Assembly (NCBI GenBank): GCA_964420875.1
Contig: CAYQUK010000002.1
Location: 1 to 55,712, forward strand
DNA length: 55,712 bases
Direction: 5' to 3'
From: an uncultured Candidatus Saccharibacteria bacterium
Lineage (GTDB): Bacteria > Patescibacteriota > Minisyncoccia > Phycocordibacterales > UBA5272
In this document: piece by piece, positions 18,612-27,897 of the stretch
How positions within the stretch are numbered: position 1 is the first letter of the stretch
How the letters are laid out: each line of letters opens with the position of its first letter
The notes under the pieces: model-generated
Databases searched by the model: none
Told to the model about the DNA's origin: nothing
Seen by the model: the letters and a program-made list of their open reading frames with translations, nothing else
Program-made: the position numbers and the translations under genes

Positions 18612-20528
18612 ATGATGTTAAATGCACAACAACAAGAAGCTGTAGAGTATATAAGCGGGCCGCTATTAATCTTGGCCGGAGCAGGGGCAGGCAAGACAAA
18701 GACAATCACAGAGAGGGTGGTGCAAATAGTAAAAATCGGTAACAGTGTAGAGCGTATACTTTGTGTCACCTTTACCAACAAAGCGGCGGCCGAGATGCGC
18801 GAACGCATTAACAAGAGACTTCATGAAGAGGGACTAGTCGATGGTTGGAATGGGGTGCCGCTAATCAAAACTTTTCACTCGCTAGGGCTGTGGCTGTTGC
18901 GTAGAGAGGGGTCAGCGCTCGGGCTGCTAAAGAACTTTACAATACTGGACAGCGATGACACGAAAAGCATAGTCAAAAAGATATTGGATGACAGGGGATT
19001 TGACACAAAAGTTTACGAGCCTGCAAAAATCAGGAATGCCATATCAAGAGAGAAGGGGGACTTTGTAACAGTCGCAGAATATCAAAACAAAATATCCAGC
19101 TACACCATGGACGTGGTGGCAACCGTGTGGCGGCTGTATGAGGAAGAGCTGCGCAATCAGGGGGCGGTGGATTTTGATGACCTCATTGTCAGATGTGTAG
19201 AGCTGCTCGAGAGTAACGCGGCGGTGCGCGAGAAATATCAAAACTTTTTTACTCATGTACACATAGATGAGTATCAGGATACGAATAACTCGCAATACAA
19301 ACTTTCAAAGCTTTTGGTAAACCCGAAAAACAACAACATATGCGTAGTGGGTGACACAGATCAAAATATATATAGTTGGCGTGGGGCAAATTTGCGTAAC
19401 ATTATGAATTTTGAAAAAGACTTTCCTGGTACAAAAATAGTCTTGCTCGAAGAAAACTACAGATCAACAGGGAACATACTCGCGCTCGCCAACAACGCAA
19501 TAAAGAAAAATACAGTGCGCCAAGAAAAAAATCTTTTTACCAGCAAGGGTGATGGGGCAAATATAGAAGTGTTACCAGCATGGGACGAAGAGAGTGAGGC
19601 AGAGTGGGTAGCAACAAAAGCAAAAGAGTTAATAGCAGGGGGGGTGAGTCCAAATGAAATAGCTGTACTGTATCGTACTAATTTTCAATCACGCATAATG
19701 GAGGAGATGATGCTACGCAATGATGTGCCTTATGCAGTCCTTGGTACAAAATTCTTTGAGCGTAAGGAGGTGCGAGATATGTTGAGTTATATAAAATGCG
19801 CACTCAACCCTAAATCACAACCTGATCTTAAGCGTGTTTTTGATACTCCAAAAAAAGGTATCGGCAAGACAACCATTGCAAAGCTCTTTGCAAATGAAGA
19901 TTTGCCAGCGGCCGCAAAGAAAAAGGTCTCTGATGTGTTTAAATTTTTAGAACAAATAAAAGAAATGTTAGAAAGTGAACCACTGTCTGATGTTATGAAC
20001 TGGGTACTGGTTGAGTCTGGTATTGAGAAGGAGCTTAAGGATGAGGGGGAGGATGGTATGGTTAGATTGGCTAACATATCAGAACTAATAACTCTGGCTC
20101 AAAAATATGATGAGTTAAAATACGACGAAAACATTGAAGCATTTTTTGAATTAGCGTCACTGTCATCAGATCAAGACGAAGACAAGAAAGAGAAAAATGG
20201 TGTGAGGCTGATGACTGTGCACTCATCAAAAGGTTTGGAGTTCGACCATGTATTCATCGTTGGACTGGAGGAGGACCTATTCCCATCTAAAAACTTTTCT
20301 GGCAAAAATAAAACAAAGGAGGAGGGTGAAGAGGAGCGAAGACTGTTTTACGTAGCCGTAACTCGCGCCAGGAAAAACCTATATCTATCATACTCTGAGA
20401 TGCGTACCATTTTCGGACAACGCAATATCGCACCACCGAGCCAATTCCTCTCTGACATCGATCCAAATGTTACCGACTACCACGACGTGTATTACAAACA
20501 AAATAATGGTAAAGTGTTCTATATTTAG
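18612..20528 (+). CDS. pcrA: ATP-dependent DNA helicase, UvrD/PcrA family
   Basis: Motif I AGAGAGKT, motif II HIDEYQDTN, motif V VHSSKGLEFDHVF, motif VI LFYVAVTRAR. Confidence 0.9.
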   Translation: MMLNAQQQEAVEYISGPLLILAGAGAGKTKTITERVVQIVKIGNSVERILCVTFTNKAAAEMRERINKRLHEEGLVDGWNGVPLIKTFHSLGLWLLRREGSALGLLKNFTILDSDDTKSIVKKILDDRGFDTKVYEPAKIRNAISREKGDFVTVAEYQNKISSYTMDVVATVWRLYEEELRNQGAVDFDDLIVRCVELLESNAAVREKYQNFFTHVHIDEYQDTNNSQYKLSKLLVNPKNNNICVVGDTDQNIYSWRGANLRNIMNFEKDFPGTKIVLLEENYRSTGNILALANNAIKKNTVRQEKNLFTSKGDGANIEVLPAWDEESEAEWVATKAKELIAGGVSPNEIAVLYRTNFQSRIMEEMMLRNDVPYAVLGTKFFERKEVRDMLSYIKCALNPKSQPDLKRVFDTPKKGIGKTTIAKLFANEDLPAAAKKKVSDVFKFLEQIKEMLESEPLSDVMNWVLVESGIEKELKDEGEDGMVRLANISELITLAQKYDELKYDENIEAFFELASLSSDQDEDKKEKNGVRLMTVHSSKGLEFDHVFIVGLEEDLFPSKNFSGKNKTKEEGEEERRLFYVAVTRARKNLYLSYSEMRTIFGQRNIAPPSQFLSDIDPNVTDYHDVYYKQNNGKVFYI

Positions 20529-20536
20529 AACATATT

Positions 20537-21322
20537 GTGTTTAAAACAAAGAAATCACTAGGACAAAACTTTCTCCGCTCCAGCGCCGCACTTGAGGCTA
20601 TTGTTAATTGCTCAGAGATAAAAGTCGGGGAGGTGGTGATAGAGATAGGTCCGGGTGAGGGTGTGCTGACTGAGAAAATATTAGCAGCCGGGGCAAAGCT
20701 GACAGCAATAGAAAAGGACGACCGATTGATAGAAATACTTGAGACCAACTTTGCAAAAGAGATAGATGAAAAAAGATTTCAGCTTCTTCATGCCGATGTG
20801 ACAGATGTTGATTTTGAGCAATTCAGAAAGGAGGGGCAGGGCTATAAAGTAATAGCCAATATCCCATACTATATAACAGGCCTCATAATGAGGAAATTAA
20901 TAGATGACAACGTGGCAACATCTCTCACACTACTAGTTCAAAAGGAGGTGGCTGAGAGGGCCTGCGCTCGTGATGGCAAGGAGTCACTGTTGTCACTATC
21001 AATACAGAGCTATGGTGTAGCAAAATACATTAAAACTGTACCTAGGGGATCATTTGCACCTATGCCAAATGTAGACAGCGCAATAATATACATAAAAAAG
21101 TACGAGAACAATGTTTTTAAGAATCAAAAAGAGAGAGATTATTTTTTTGAACTAATTCACGCCGGCTTTGCACATAAAAGAAAGACTTTGATGCATAATT
21201 TGAAAACATTTAATGAGAAAACAAGCAAAAATACTGAGTGGATTAAACATGTAGATGAAAAAGTTAGGGCGGAGGATGTGCATTTTGAGGATTGGGTAAG
21301 GCTGACACGTGATACAATTTAG
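20537..21322 (+). CDS. rsmA: 16S rRNA (adenine1518/1519-N6)-dimethyltransferase RsmA/KsgA
   Basis: LGQNFL, SAM-binding VIEIGPGEGVLT and NIPYYIT motifs. GTG start at 20537. Confidence 0.9.
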   Translation: MFKTKKSLGQNFLRSSAALEAIVNCSEIKVGEVVIEIGPGEGVLTEKILAAGAKLTAIEKDDRLIEILETNFAKEIDEKRFQLLHADVTDVDFEQFRKEGQGYKVIANIPYYITGLIMRKLIDDNVATSLTLLVQKEVAERACARDGKESLLSLSIQSYGVAKYIKTVPRGSFAPMPNVDSAIIYIKKYENNVFKNQKERDYFFELIHAGFAHKRKTLMHNLKTFNEKTSKNTEWIKHVDEKVRAEDVHFEDWVRLTRDTI

Positions 21323-21354
21323 TTGTGATAGACAAAAACACAGAGGAGACAACA

Positions 21355-22200
21355 ATGTCCAGAGAAAAGGCCTTTTTGATACTGGCTATTCTTGTATGTC
21401 TTGTTTCTTTTGCTGTTTATGGCCTATATCCCAACAGAAAAGATATACCAAAAATACCTGGGGGTGACACACAAAATGCTTTTATAGAAAACTATGGGCA
21501 AATATTAGACTTGGACAAAGATATTGATGGTAATGGGCAACCAGCTTGGCGTGAATTAGTATTTGGTGCAAATGCGAGCAGCACAGACAACTCTAGTACA
21601 GACAATCTGACTGTAGGTATGGCTCGTGACATAGTCGTACTGAATGCCTTAGCTAGTCAGAACCCAAATGTTGATCCTGATGTTTATGTTGCAGCCATGA
21701 CAGACGGTGCAGCACAACAAATATCAATAAAAGATGTGGGGCAAATACAAATATCTCCTGATAACTCTAGGGCAAATCTAAAAGAGTACGGCAACAACGC
21801 GGCAGTTATCTTTGGGGCTTTTTTTGGTAACGAACAAAAAGAAATAAAAGATGTTACAAAATATATGAACAGCAACAGTGTTGCAGACCTGAAAGCAATA
21901 AGGAGTTACCAATCTGAGGTAAATCTCGTTTGTGATAACATGAAGACCTATCCAGCGCCAAAATCTATAGCGACACTACATCGCACACTACTAGAGAGAT
22001 GCTATTTTTATAATGACGTGTTGTCAGCAATGTGGAACATAGACACAGATCCTACAAAAGCATTAGTAGCTGTGACTGTTTACAAAGACATGGTTACGGC
22101 TGAGACAGAGCTGTTAACAAGCTTTTCAGATTTCTTTGATAGCAACAATGTGGTATTTGGTGCCAACGATTATGGCAGAATTTTTAATAAAAAAATATGA
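21355..22200 (+). CDS. Membrane-anchored hypothetical protein, first gene of the T4SS-like locus
   Basis: ATG at 21355 preceded by AGAGGAGA. One N-terminal TM (AFLILAILVCLVSFAVYGLY). Its stop overlaps the start of the next gene. Confidence 0.5.
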   Translation: MSREKAFLILAILVCLVSFAVYGLYPNRKDIPKIPGGDTQNAFIENYGQILDLDKDIDGNGQPAWRELVFGANASSTDNSSTDNLTVGMARDIVVLNALASQNPNVDPDVYVAAMTDGAAQQISIKDVGQIQISPDNSRANLKEYGNNAAVIFGAFFGNEQKEIKDVTKYMNSNSVADLKAIRSYQSEVNLVCDNMKTYPAPKSIATLHRTLLERCYFYNDVLSAMWNIDTDPTKALVAVTVYKDMVTAETELLTSFSDFFDSNNVVFGANDYGRIFNKKI

Positions 22201-23876
22201 AAAAAATAATTATAAGTCTCTTTTTAGCTACAACCCTTTCAGTAAATACTTCTTTTGCTGTTTTGCCTGTGATAGATGGGGCAAATCTTGGCATACAAAC
22301 TTTTATGAAGGGATTGGAGATAGCAGCAAACAACCTATTTAGTGCTGCAAATATAAAAGAGTACGCTCTTGACCCACTAGCGTATGCAATAAAAGAGAGA
22401 GTAAAGACGCAACTAAAACAGGAGATAGTCAAATGGGCGACAGATGGTGGAACGGGCAAACCTCAATTCCTCGAGAACCCGGATAGATTCTTTACCAACC
22501 TAGCAACTCAAGAGCTAACAATCATCAAACGTGACATAATAGGCAACATTGTGGGGAATGACGAGGTTTTAAAGGCGTTGGTGAGTGGTAATGCCGAAGG
22601 ATACGCCAAAAAGTCTCTCGCTGAGTTCCTAGTTCCAACAGTAAATGTAAAAATACAAAACAACATTTGTGCTGCAGACAAATTGGCAAAGATGACAGCT
22701 GAGAATCCGACTGGTGCGGCTGAATTTAAAAGGAGATACTGTATAGCCGGCAACAGCACGAGCAGCAAACAGCAACAATATGACGCATTGCAGAACTGCT
22801 TTGCAAAGGACTTTTCTTGTGGTGGCTGGGATGCGTTCCTCTCTATGACACAAAAGCCATATCAAAACACCGAGACAGGACGCCTAACTGTGGCTCAATT
22901 ACAACTACAACAAAACCAGGCTGCCGCAACAACCAAAACAAATAATGAGCTCAATCGTGGGGGAGGATTCTTTAGTCAAAAAGTGTGTAAGAAGGGGGCA
23001 TTAAAAATAACAAACGACGATGAGGGCAATCCACTACCAGAGTCTAGTCAAATATGTACCGAGTATGAGACATTAACACCCGGAGACCAGATTAGGAACT
23101 TAACAAATGAGGTGCTCGGTGACCCGTTAAAACAACTACAACAGTCAGATGAAATCAGTGAGATTATAGTCAGTGCATTATTAACAAAATTACAATCAGT
23201 GGGTCTGCGAAAACTTAATGAGGTGGTGGCGGACGGTATCAACGGATTATCAAATGCTTTACGTGGTGGATCTGATGGGGCTGGGAATCTTCGTGACAGT
23301 GTGGCGGCAACAGGTAAGCCTGGTGACCCTCGTGTAGCTAGTACATCGGTGACAATAACAGATGCAGATCATCGCAACCTGACAGCTACAATGCTTCAAA
23401 TGATGAACAACACTCTAAAAGAGCACAATACAAATATTACTGTTGTTGTAGATGAGCTCAATAGATATCAGGCGCTAGCAGACAAATTGGCACAAATAGA
23501 ATTGTGTTATTCTGGAAAAGCATGGCTAACTATGCCGACCGTTGTACGCGATACAATAGATTCTCAAAAACAAAACATCGCCGCAAAGACTTTATCTCTT
23601 GCAAATGAATTATCTGTCTATAAAGGAAAATCAGATGACTTGGTTGCAGCCATAGAAACAGTAACCAGATCTCGTGATGCTGACGCAATAACCAACATAT
23701 TCAACGCCTATAACGCCGAGCTCTCTAGCAACTCATACCTAACCTCAGCAGTAGCCGACAAGAGAAAGCTAGATAACGAGACGCTTTATGCACAATTGGA
23801 CCAACTCAGCACAACATTTGACTCAATGTTAACCGAGTGTCAGAACGCAACTCAGGAAACAGGTGGTGGTAATTAA
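22197..23876 (+). CDS. Secreted protein with TrbJ/VirB5-like N-terminal motif (tentative)
   Basis: Signal peptide MKKIIISLFLATTLSVNTSFA. The mature end VLPVIDGANLGIQ resembles the PV(I/F)DxxNL motif that opens TrbJ/VirB5-type proteins. The rest is helical and Gln/Asn-rich. Confidence 0.5.
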   Translation: MKKIIISLFLATTLSVNTSFAVLPVIDGANLGIQTFMKGLEIAANNLFSAANIKEYALDPLAYAIKERVKTQLKQEIVKWATDGGTGKPQFLENPDRFFTNLATQELTIIKRDIIGNIVGNDEVLKALVSGNAEGYAKKSLAEFLVPTVNVKIQNNICAADKLAKMTAENPTGAAEFKRRYCIAGNSTSSKQQQYDALQNCFAKDFSCGGWDAFLSMTQKPYQNTETGRLTVAQLQLQQNQAAATTKTNNELNRGGGFFSQKVCKKGALKITNDDEGNPLPESSQICTEYETLTPGDQIRNLTNEVLGDPLKQLQQSDEISEIIVSALLTKLQSVGLRKLNEVVADGINGLSNALRGGSDGAGNLRDSVAATGKPGDPRVASTSVTITDADHRNLTATMLQMMNNTLKEHNTNITVVVDELNRYQALADKLAQIELCYSGKAWLTMPTVVRDTIDSQKQNIAAKTLSLANELSVYKGKSDDLVAAIETVTRSRDADAITNIFNAYNAELSSNSYLTSAVADKRKLDNETLYAQLDQLSTTFDSMLTECQNATQETGGGN

Positions 23877-23941
23877 AATTCTTAGGTTTTATATGTATTA
23901 AACAGTAGAGTAGGGCAACTCTTTGTGTTACACTTTATAAC

Positions 23942-26251
23942 GTGAAATCGCTGCGCTACATACTTGCTATATCGATTGTATTTGTTTCTTTTTCTGCTTT
24001 TATTTTTATAACTAAAGCTGAAAATGACCCTGTGCCTAGCTGTGACTTAGTAAGTGCTGTTATATACCCGTGCGTTGATAACAAGGGCAACCTGTGGAAC
24101 ACAGCAAAAGAAAGACAGGATGCAGCAAACGCAGCAGCTATCGCAGCACAGAAGGCAGCAGAAAATGGAACAATAAAGGTTTGCCCACAAAGTGCATACA
24201 CTTCTGGGGTGTTGGATTTTTTAAGTATAACAAAGGGGGTGTGCGTTTTTGTTGATTTTCTTTTAATTGCCATATCTTCAGTATTTGCCGGACTCATGTA
24301 TGTTTGTGCAGTATTGTTCGACTTTTCAGTTGATAAGTTCATATTAAAAATATCTACATTCTTTTTAGATGCATCAGGGCCCGGAGGTAATCAACAATAC
24401 ATATATAGCGCCTGGTCTGTTGTAAGAGATATGGCAAACATTGCTGCGTTTTTTGGGGCTGTGTACGCTGGATTCCTACGAATAATAGGACAGAATCAGG
24501 AGGATTTTAGAAAAGCCATCGCAAAACTAATACTTTTTGCCCTGCTGACCAACTTCTCATTTGCAATCTCAAAATTTGCAATAGATATGGCGAATGTTGT
24601 GTCTCTACAAATATACGGAGCGGCTGCGAGGTATCAGTTTGCAGGGAACAGCTTAGGCGCAAGTTCAAATGGCACCATAATATCTGACTATGGTATCAGC
24701 TCTGCATATATGCAGAACATGGGTATACAAGGGATGGTAGTAGATACAACAAAAGTTAATCCATCATCAGCGTTTAAAAATATTAACTCACTAACTGTCG
24801 TGATTATATCTATCATATTCTTTATTTTTGCTGGTTGGATGTTTTTAAAGGCTGCCATATTTATAATAGTGAGAACTTTTATATTGATCGGAGCAGTGGT
24901 CTTTTCTCCTCTTATGTTCATAGGTGGTCTGGTTCCTCAACTAACAAAAGTCCATGATAAATGGAGAGAGCTTTTCTTTGGAAATCTAATAGTGGCTCCG
25001 TTGATGATGATATTTATATGGCTCAGCTTACAAATACTTGGAGCATCTTATAAGATGCTAGGATTAGCAAATACCCAAAGTGGAACATGGGCTGAAGTAT
25101 TAGCTCAAACATCTCTTTTGGTTTTTGGTGGTTTATCACTACACCTAATGGCAAAATATGGTGAACAAGCGAGTGGGGCGGTGGGGCAGTTTGCGGTAAA
25201 TGTTTTGGGTGGGGCAGTGGGTGGTCTAGCGACAGCTGCGGCAACAGGAGGTGTTGGATTTGTGGCTCGTGCTGGAGCTGCGCGAGCGGCTGCGGCTGCG
25301 GGTAGTGTTGGTAAAAAATGGGTAGAAAAAGAAGGAGCTGGAAAGATGAGAAAGTTTGCTGGTGGAATGTTGCTAAAAGGTGGGGAGAGGCTGGAGAAAA
25401 CGGAAGTCTTTGGTAAATCTGCGTTTGGTATACGCAAGGCAGCAGAGGAGAAAATAGACGGTAAGCGCGAAACAGTCTTGCGTGAATATGGCCAAGCTTC
25501 ACGTGATCTGGGGTGGAAAGATAAATTGGGTCAAGCAAAATCTGAAAAAGAAATTAACTACATAAAAGACCAGTTGGTGCAGAAAAAAAAGTACGACTCT
25601 GCTGTACATGATGAAGAAATAAAAAATATAAATTCTAAACCGACTGTAAAGACTGACGGGCCTCGCGTCTTGGAAAAAGATAAAACCATCGCCAATAAAT
25701 TACACGAACAGATAGCAGCTCGCGACACAGCAACTGACGCGCAAATAAAATCAGAACAGGACCAAATAAAAACTGAAACTGAAAGTCTTATAAAAACAAG
25801 AGAGATATACAAAGAAAATCAAAAGAGGGGTGGGGCAACGGAGGAGGAGATGAAGAAAACTCAAGTATTTATTGATAATTTAAAAGCTGAGCTACCTAAA
25901 AAGTTAACAGAAGTATCAGAGAAGCTCAATAAACAAAAAGAAGAAATGACAGATTATGTGGGGTGGAAGGCTGAGTTGTCAGGCTTGGAAAATGAGTTTA
26001 CAAAAACAACGCTGGCATACAAAGCAGGAGGACTTGTGAGCGAAATGATAGAGCAGGATAAAAAAGATATAGCAACTGTTAAAAATCTTGTTACAAATAT
26101 AAAACCATTTACAACAGAGTTTGATAAAAACGGAACACAAACATCAGCCGAACAAGCCGCTCCAACACTAAAAGAAACATTAAACACAGAAGATACTAAA
26201 AAAATAACAGCAAACCTTTCTAAGGCTGGATCTCTTAGAAGTAAAAAATAA
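23942..26251 (+). CDS. Polytopic membrane protein, TrbL/VirB6-like
   Basis: 769 aa with an N-terminal signal/TM, at least six hydrophobic helices, a Gly/Ala-rich segment and a Lys/Glu-rich coiled-coil tail. Size, topology and position beside PrgI/VirB4 genes fit a VirB6 analogue. Confidence 0.55.
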   Translation: MKSLRYILAISIVFVSFSAFIFITKAENDPVPSCDLVSAVIYPCVDNKGNLWNTAKERQDAANAAAIAAQKAAENGTIKVCPQSAYTSGVLDFLSITKGVCVFVDFLLIAISSVFAGLMYVCAVLFDFSVDKFILKISTFFLDASGPGGNQQYIYSAWSVVRDMANIAAFFGAVYAGFLRIIGQNQEDFRKAIAKLILFALLTNFSFAISKFAIDMANVVSLQIYGAAARYQFAGNSLGASSNGTIISDYGISSAYMQNMGIQGMVVDTTKVNPSSAFKNINSLTVVIISIIFFIFAGWMFLKAAIFIIVRTFILIGAVVFSPLMFIGGLVPQLTKVHDKWRELFFGNLIVAPLMMIFIWLSLQILGASYKMLGLANTQSGTWAEVLAQTSLLVFGGLSLHLMAKYGEQASGAVGQFAVNVLGGAVGGLATAAATGGVGFVARAGAARAAAAAGSVGKKWVEKEGAGKMRKFAGGMLLKGGERLEKTEVFGKSAFGIRKAAEEKIDGKRETVLREYGQASRDLGWKDKLGQAKSEKEINYIKDQLVQKKKYDSAVHDEEIKNINSKPTVKTDGPRVLEKDKTIANKLHEQIAARDTATDAQIKSEQDQIKTETESLIKTREIYKENQKRGGATEEEMKKTQVFIDNLKAELPKKLTEVSEKLNKQKEEMTDYVGWKAELSGLENEFTKTTLAYKAGGLVSEMIEQDKKDIATVKNLVTNIKPFTTEFDKNGTQTSAEQAAPTLKETLNTEDTKKITANLSKAGSLRSKK

Positions 26252-26252
26252 T

Positions 26253-26846
26253 ATGAAACCAGAACTACGACAAGCATTAGACGAGGAAATATTAAAAGCA
26301 GGACCAGAACTGCAAACATTTTTAAATGATCAATATTTTAAAGACACCTTAAGCCTGATAGAAAGAGTTAATAAGTTAGACGCTGGCCAAGCTGTCTCAC
26401 TAGAGCTAGAGATCACAATGTTCCTGCTCGGCATCAGCGACTATCCATCTATCGAGGAGGCTTTGCGTGGTGAATTGGGTCAAAATGGACAAGTTGCCAA
26501 CGAGGCCACTGTACGTCAGGCTGTAAAAGACGTAGAGGCGTACATATTATCAAAAGTTCCAACAGCAAATGATTCGGTTAAAAAAGTTGAAATAAAAACT
26601 GACACTGAAACAGAAAAATCTGAAGCTGAAATACCTACAGCAGCTGGTAACCTTCATGACATCTTGTACAAAGAGTTGGATGTTAATAAGAAAGCTGAAT
26701 CTGTGGAGACAAAACCAGAACTAGATCCCATTTTAGAGATTAAACCGGAACAAATTACAGCCCCAGAGATAGTAGAACCAACAAAGCCTCTTGATTTTTA
26801 TAGAGAAAAAATAGGTGACGAGGATAAAAAAGTAAAGACTTTATAA
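26253..26846 (+). CDS. Acidic hypothetical protein in the T4SS-like locus
   Basis: 197 aa, starts 2 nt after the previous stop, Glu/Lys/Pro-rich C-terminal half, no recognisable motif. Confidence 0.5.
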   Translation: MKPELRQALDEEILKAGPELQTFLNDQYFKDTLSLIERVNKLDAGQAVSLELEITMFLLGISDYPSIEEALRGELGQNGQVANEATVRQAVKDVEAYILSKVPTANDSVKKVEIKTDTETEKSEAEIPTAAGNLHDILYKELDVNKKAESVETKPELDPILEIKPEQITAPEIVEPTKPLDFYREKIGDEDKKVKTL

Positions 26847-26865
26847 TATTTGGTATACTGTTTAG

Positions 26866-27240
26866 ATGCAATTTCGTGTACCACAATTCATAGATATAGA
26901 AGACAAAATACTTGGACCTCTTACTTGGAGACAATTCGCATATTGTCTGGGTGCGGCCGGTATAGCCTATCTGTCTATGCGTTTTATATCAAACAACATC
27001 TTGGCTCTCATTGTAGCCGCACCATTTTCTGGGCTGTTTTTAGCTTTAGCCTTTGTAAGAATCAATAACCAGCCCTTTGTAGATGTTATGGAGCACGCCA
27101 TCAACTACTTTTCAAAAAGTAACATATATACTTGGCAGAAAAAGGAGGGGTCGATGCAAACCATAACACCAGAAACAAACTCATTAAAAGAAAAATCACT
27201 AAGCCTCGACACTAAAGTCGTGGAAAGGGATGAGGAGTAG
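26866..27240 (+). CDS. PrgI-family (VirB3-like) membrane protein
   Basis: N-terminus MQFRVPQFIDIEDKILGPLTWRQF followed by two TM helices. This is the hallmark of the PrgI family found next to VirB4 in monoderm T4SS loci. Confidence 0.65.
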   Translation: MQFRVPQFIDIEDKILGPLTWRQFAYCLGAAGIAYLSMRFISNNILALIVAAPFSGLFLALAFVRINNQPFVDVMEHAINYFSKSNIYTWQKKEGSMQTITPETNSLKEKSLSLDTKVVERDEE

Positions 27241-27269
27241 CCGTTGATATCATGTATACTGTCTAGTAT

Positions 27270-27893
27270 ATGAAGGGGAATGCTTCACAATCTTTTGTAC
27301 CAATCAAAAATGTACGCGATGGACTAATCGAGCTGCAAAGTGGCGAGTATAGGGCGGTACTTATGACCAACTCACTCAATCTGTCTCTAAAGGGTGAAGA
27401 TGAACAGACTGCCATATTGTCACAATTCCAAAACTTTCTTAACTCTTTGGAATTTTCAGTGCAAATATTTGTAAAGAGTCGCCGTATGGACATAGCTCCA
27501 TATATAAAACTACTAGAGGAGAGGCTCGCCGTCGCAGAAGGCGAGCTGATCAAACTACAAATAGCAGAATACATCAACTATATAAAGACTTTTTCTGAGG
27601 AGACCAACATAATGTCAAAACAATTTTTTGTAGTTATACCATATTCTCCTGCCGTTCTCGGTGGTAACAGCAACATACCAACATTGTCATTTGGTGGAGA
27701 CAAAAACACAGAAGCAAAAACCGAGGTGGCTTTTCAAGAAATAGCCAGACAAATGGAACAGCGCATTTTGGTTGTGTCATCTGGGCTCACACGTTGTGGA
27801 CTGCGTGTAGAGAGACTCCAGAGCGAAGAGGTGGTCGAGTTATTTTATAATATATTCAACCCTAACGCTGAATATAAGGCCGTAATTAATTAA
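27270..27893 (+). CDS. Hypothetical protein resembling a VirB4/TraC N-terminal domain
   Basis: 207 aa immediately upstream of virB4. The pattern VPIKNVRDGLIELQSGEYRAVLMTNSLNLSLKGEDEQTAILSQFQNFLNSL parallels the N-terminal region of the following ATPase and of monoderm VirB4 proteins. Confidence 0.5.
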   Translation: MKGNASQSFVPIKNVRDGLIELQSGEYRAVLMTNSLNLSLKGEDEQTAILSQFQNFLNSLEFSVQIFVKSRRMDIAPYIKLLEERLAVAEGELIKLQIAEYINYIKTFSEETNIMSKQFFVVIPYSPAVLGGNSNIPTLSFGGDKNTEAKTEVAFQEIARQMEQRILVVSSGLTRCGLRVERLQSEEVVELFYNIFNPNAEYKAVIN

Positions 27894-27897
27894 AAAT

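Noticed and set aside
25023-25538. 171-aa and 110-aa minus-strand ORFs inside the VirB6-like gene
   Set aside because: They lie antisense to the Gly/Ala-rich GC-biased segment, and their Pro/Leu/His-rich low-complexity translations are not protein-like.
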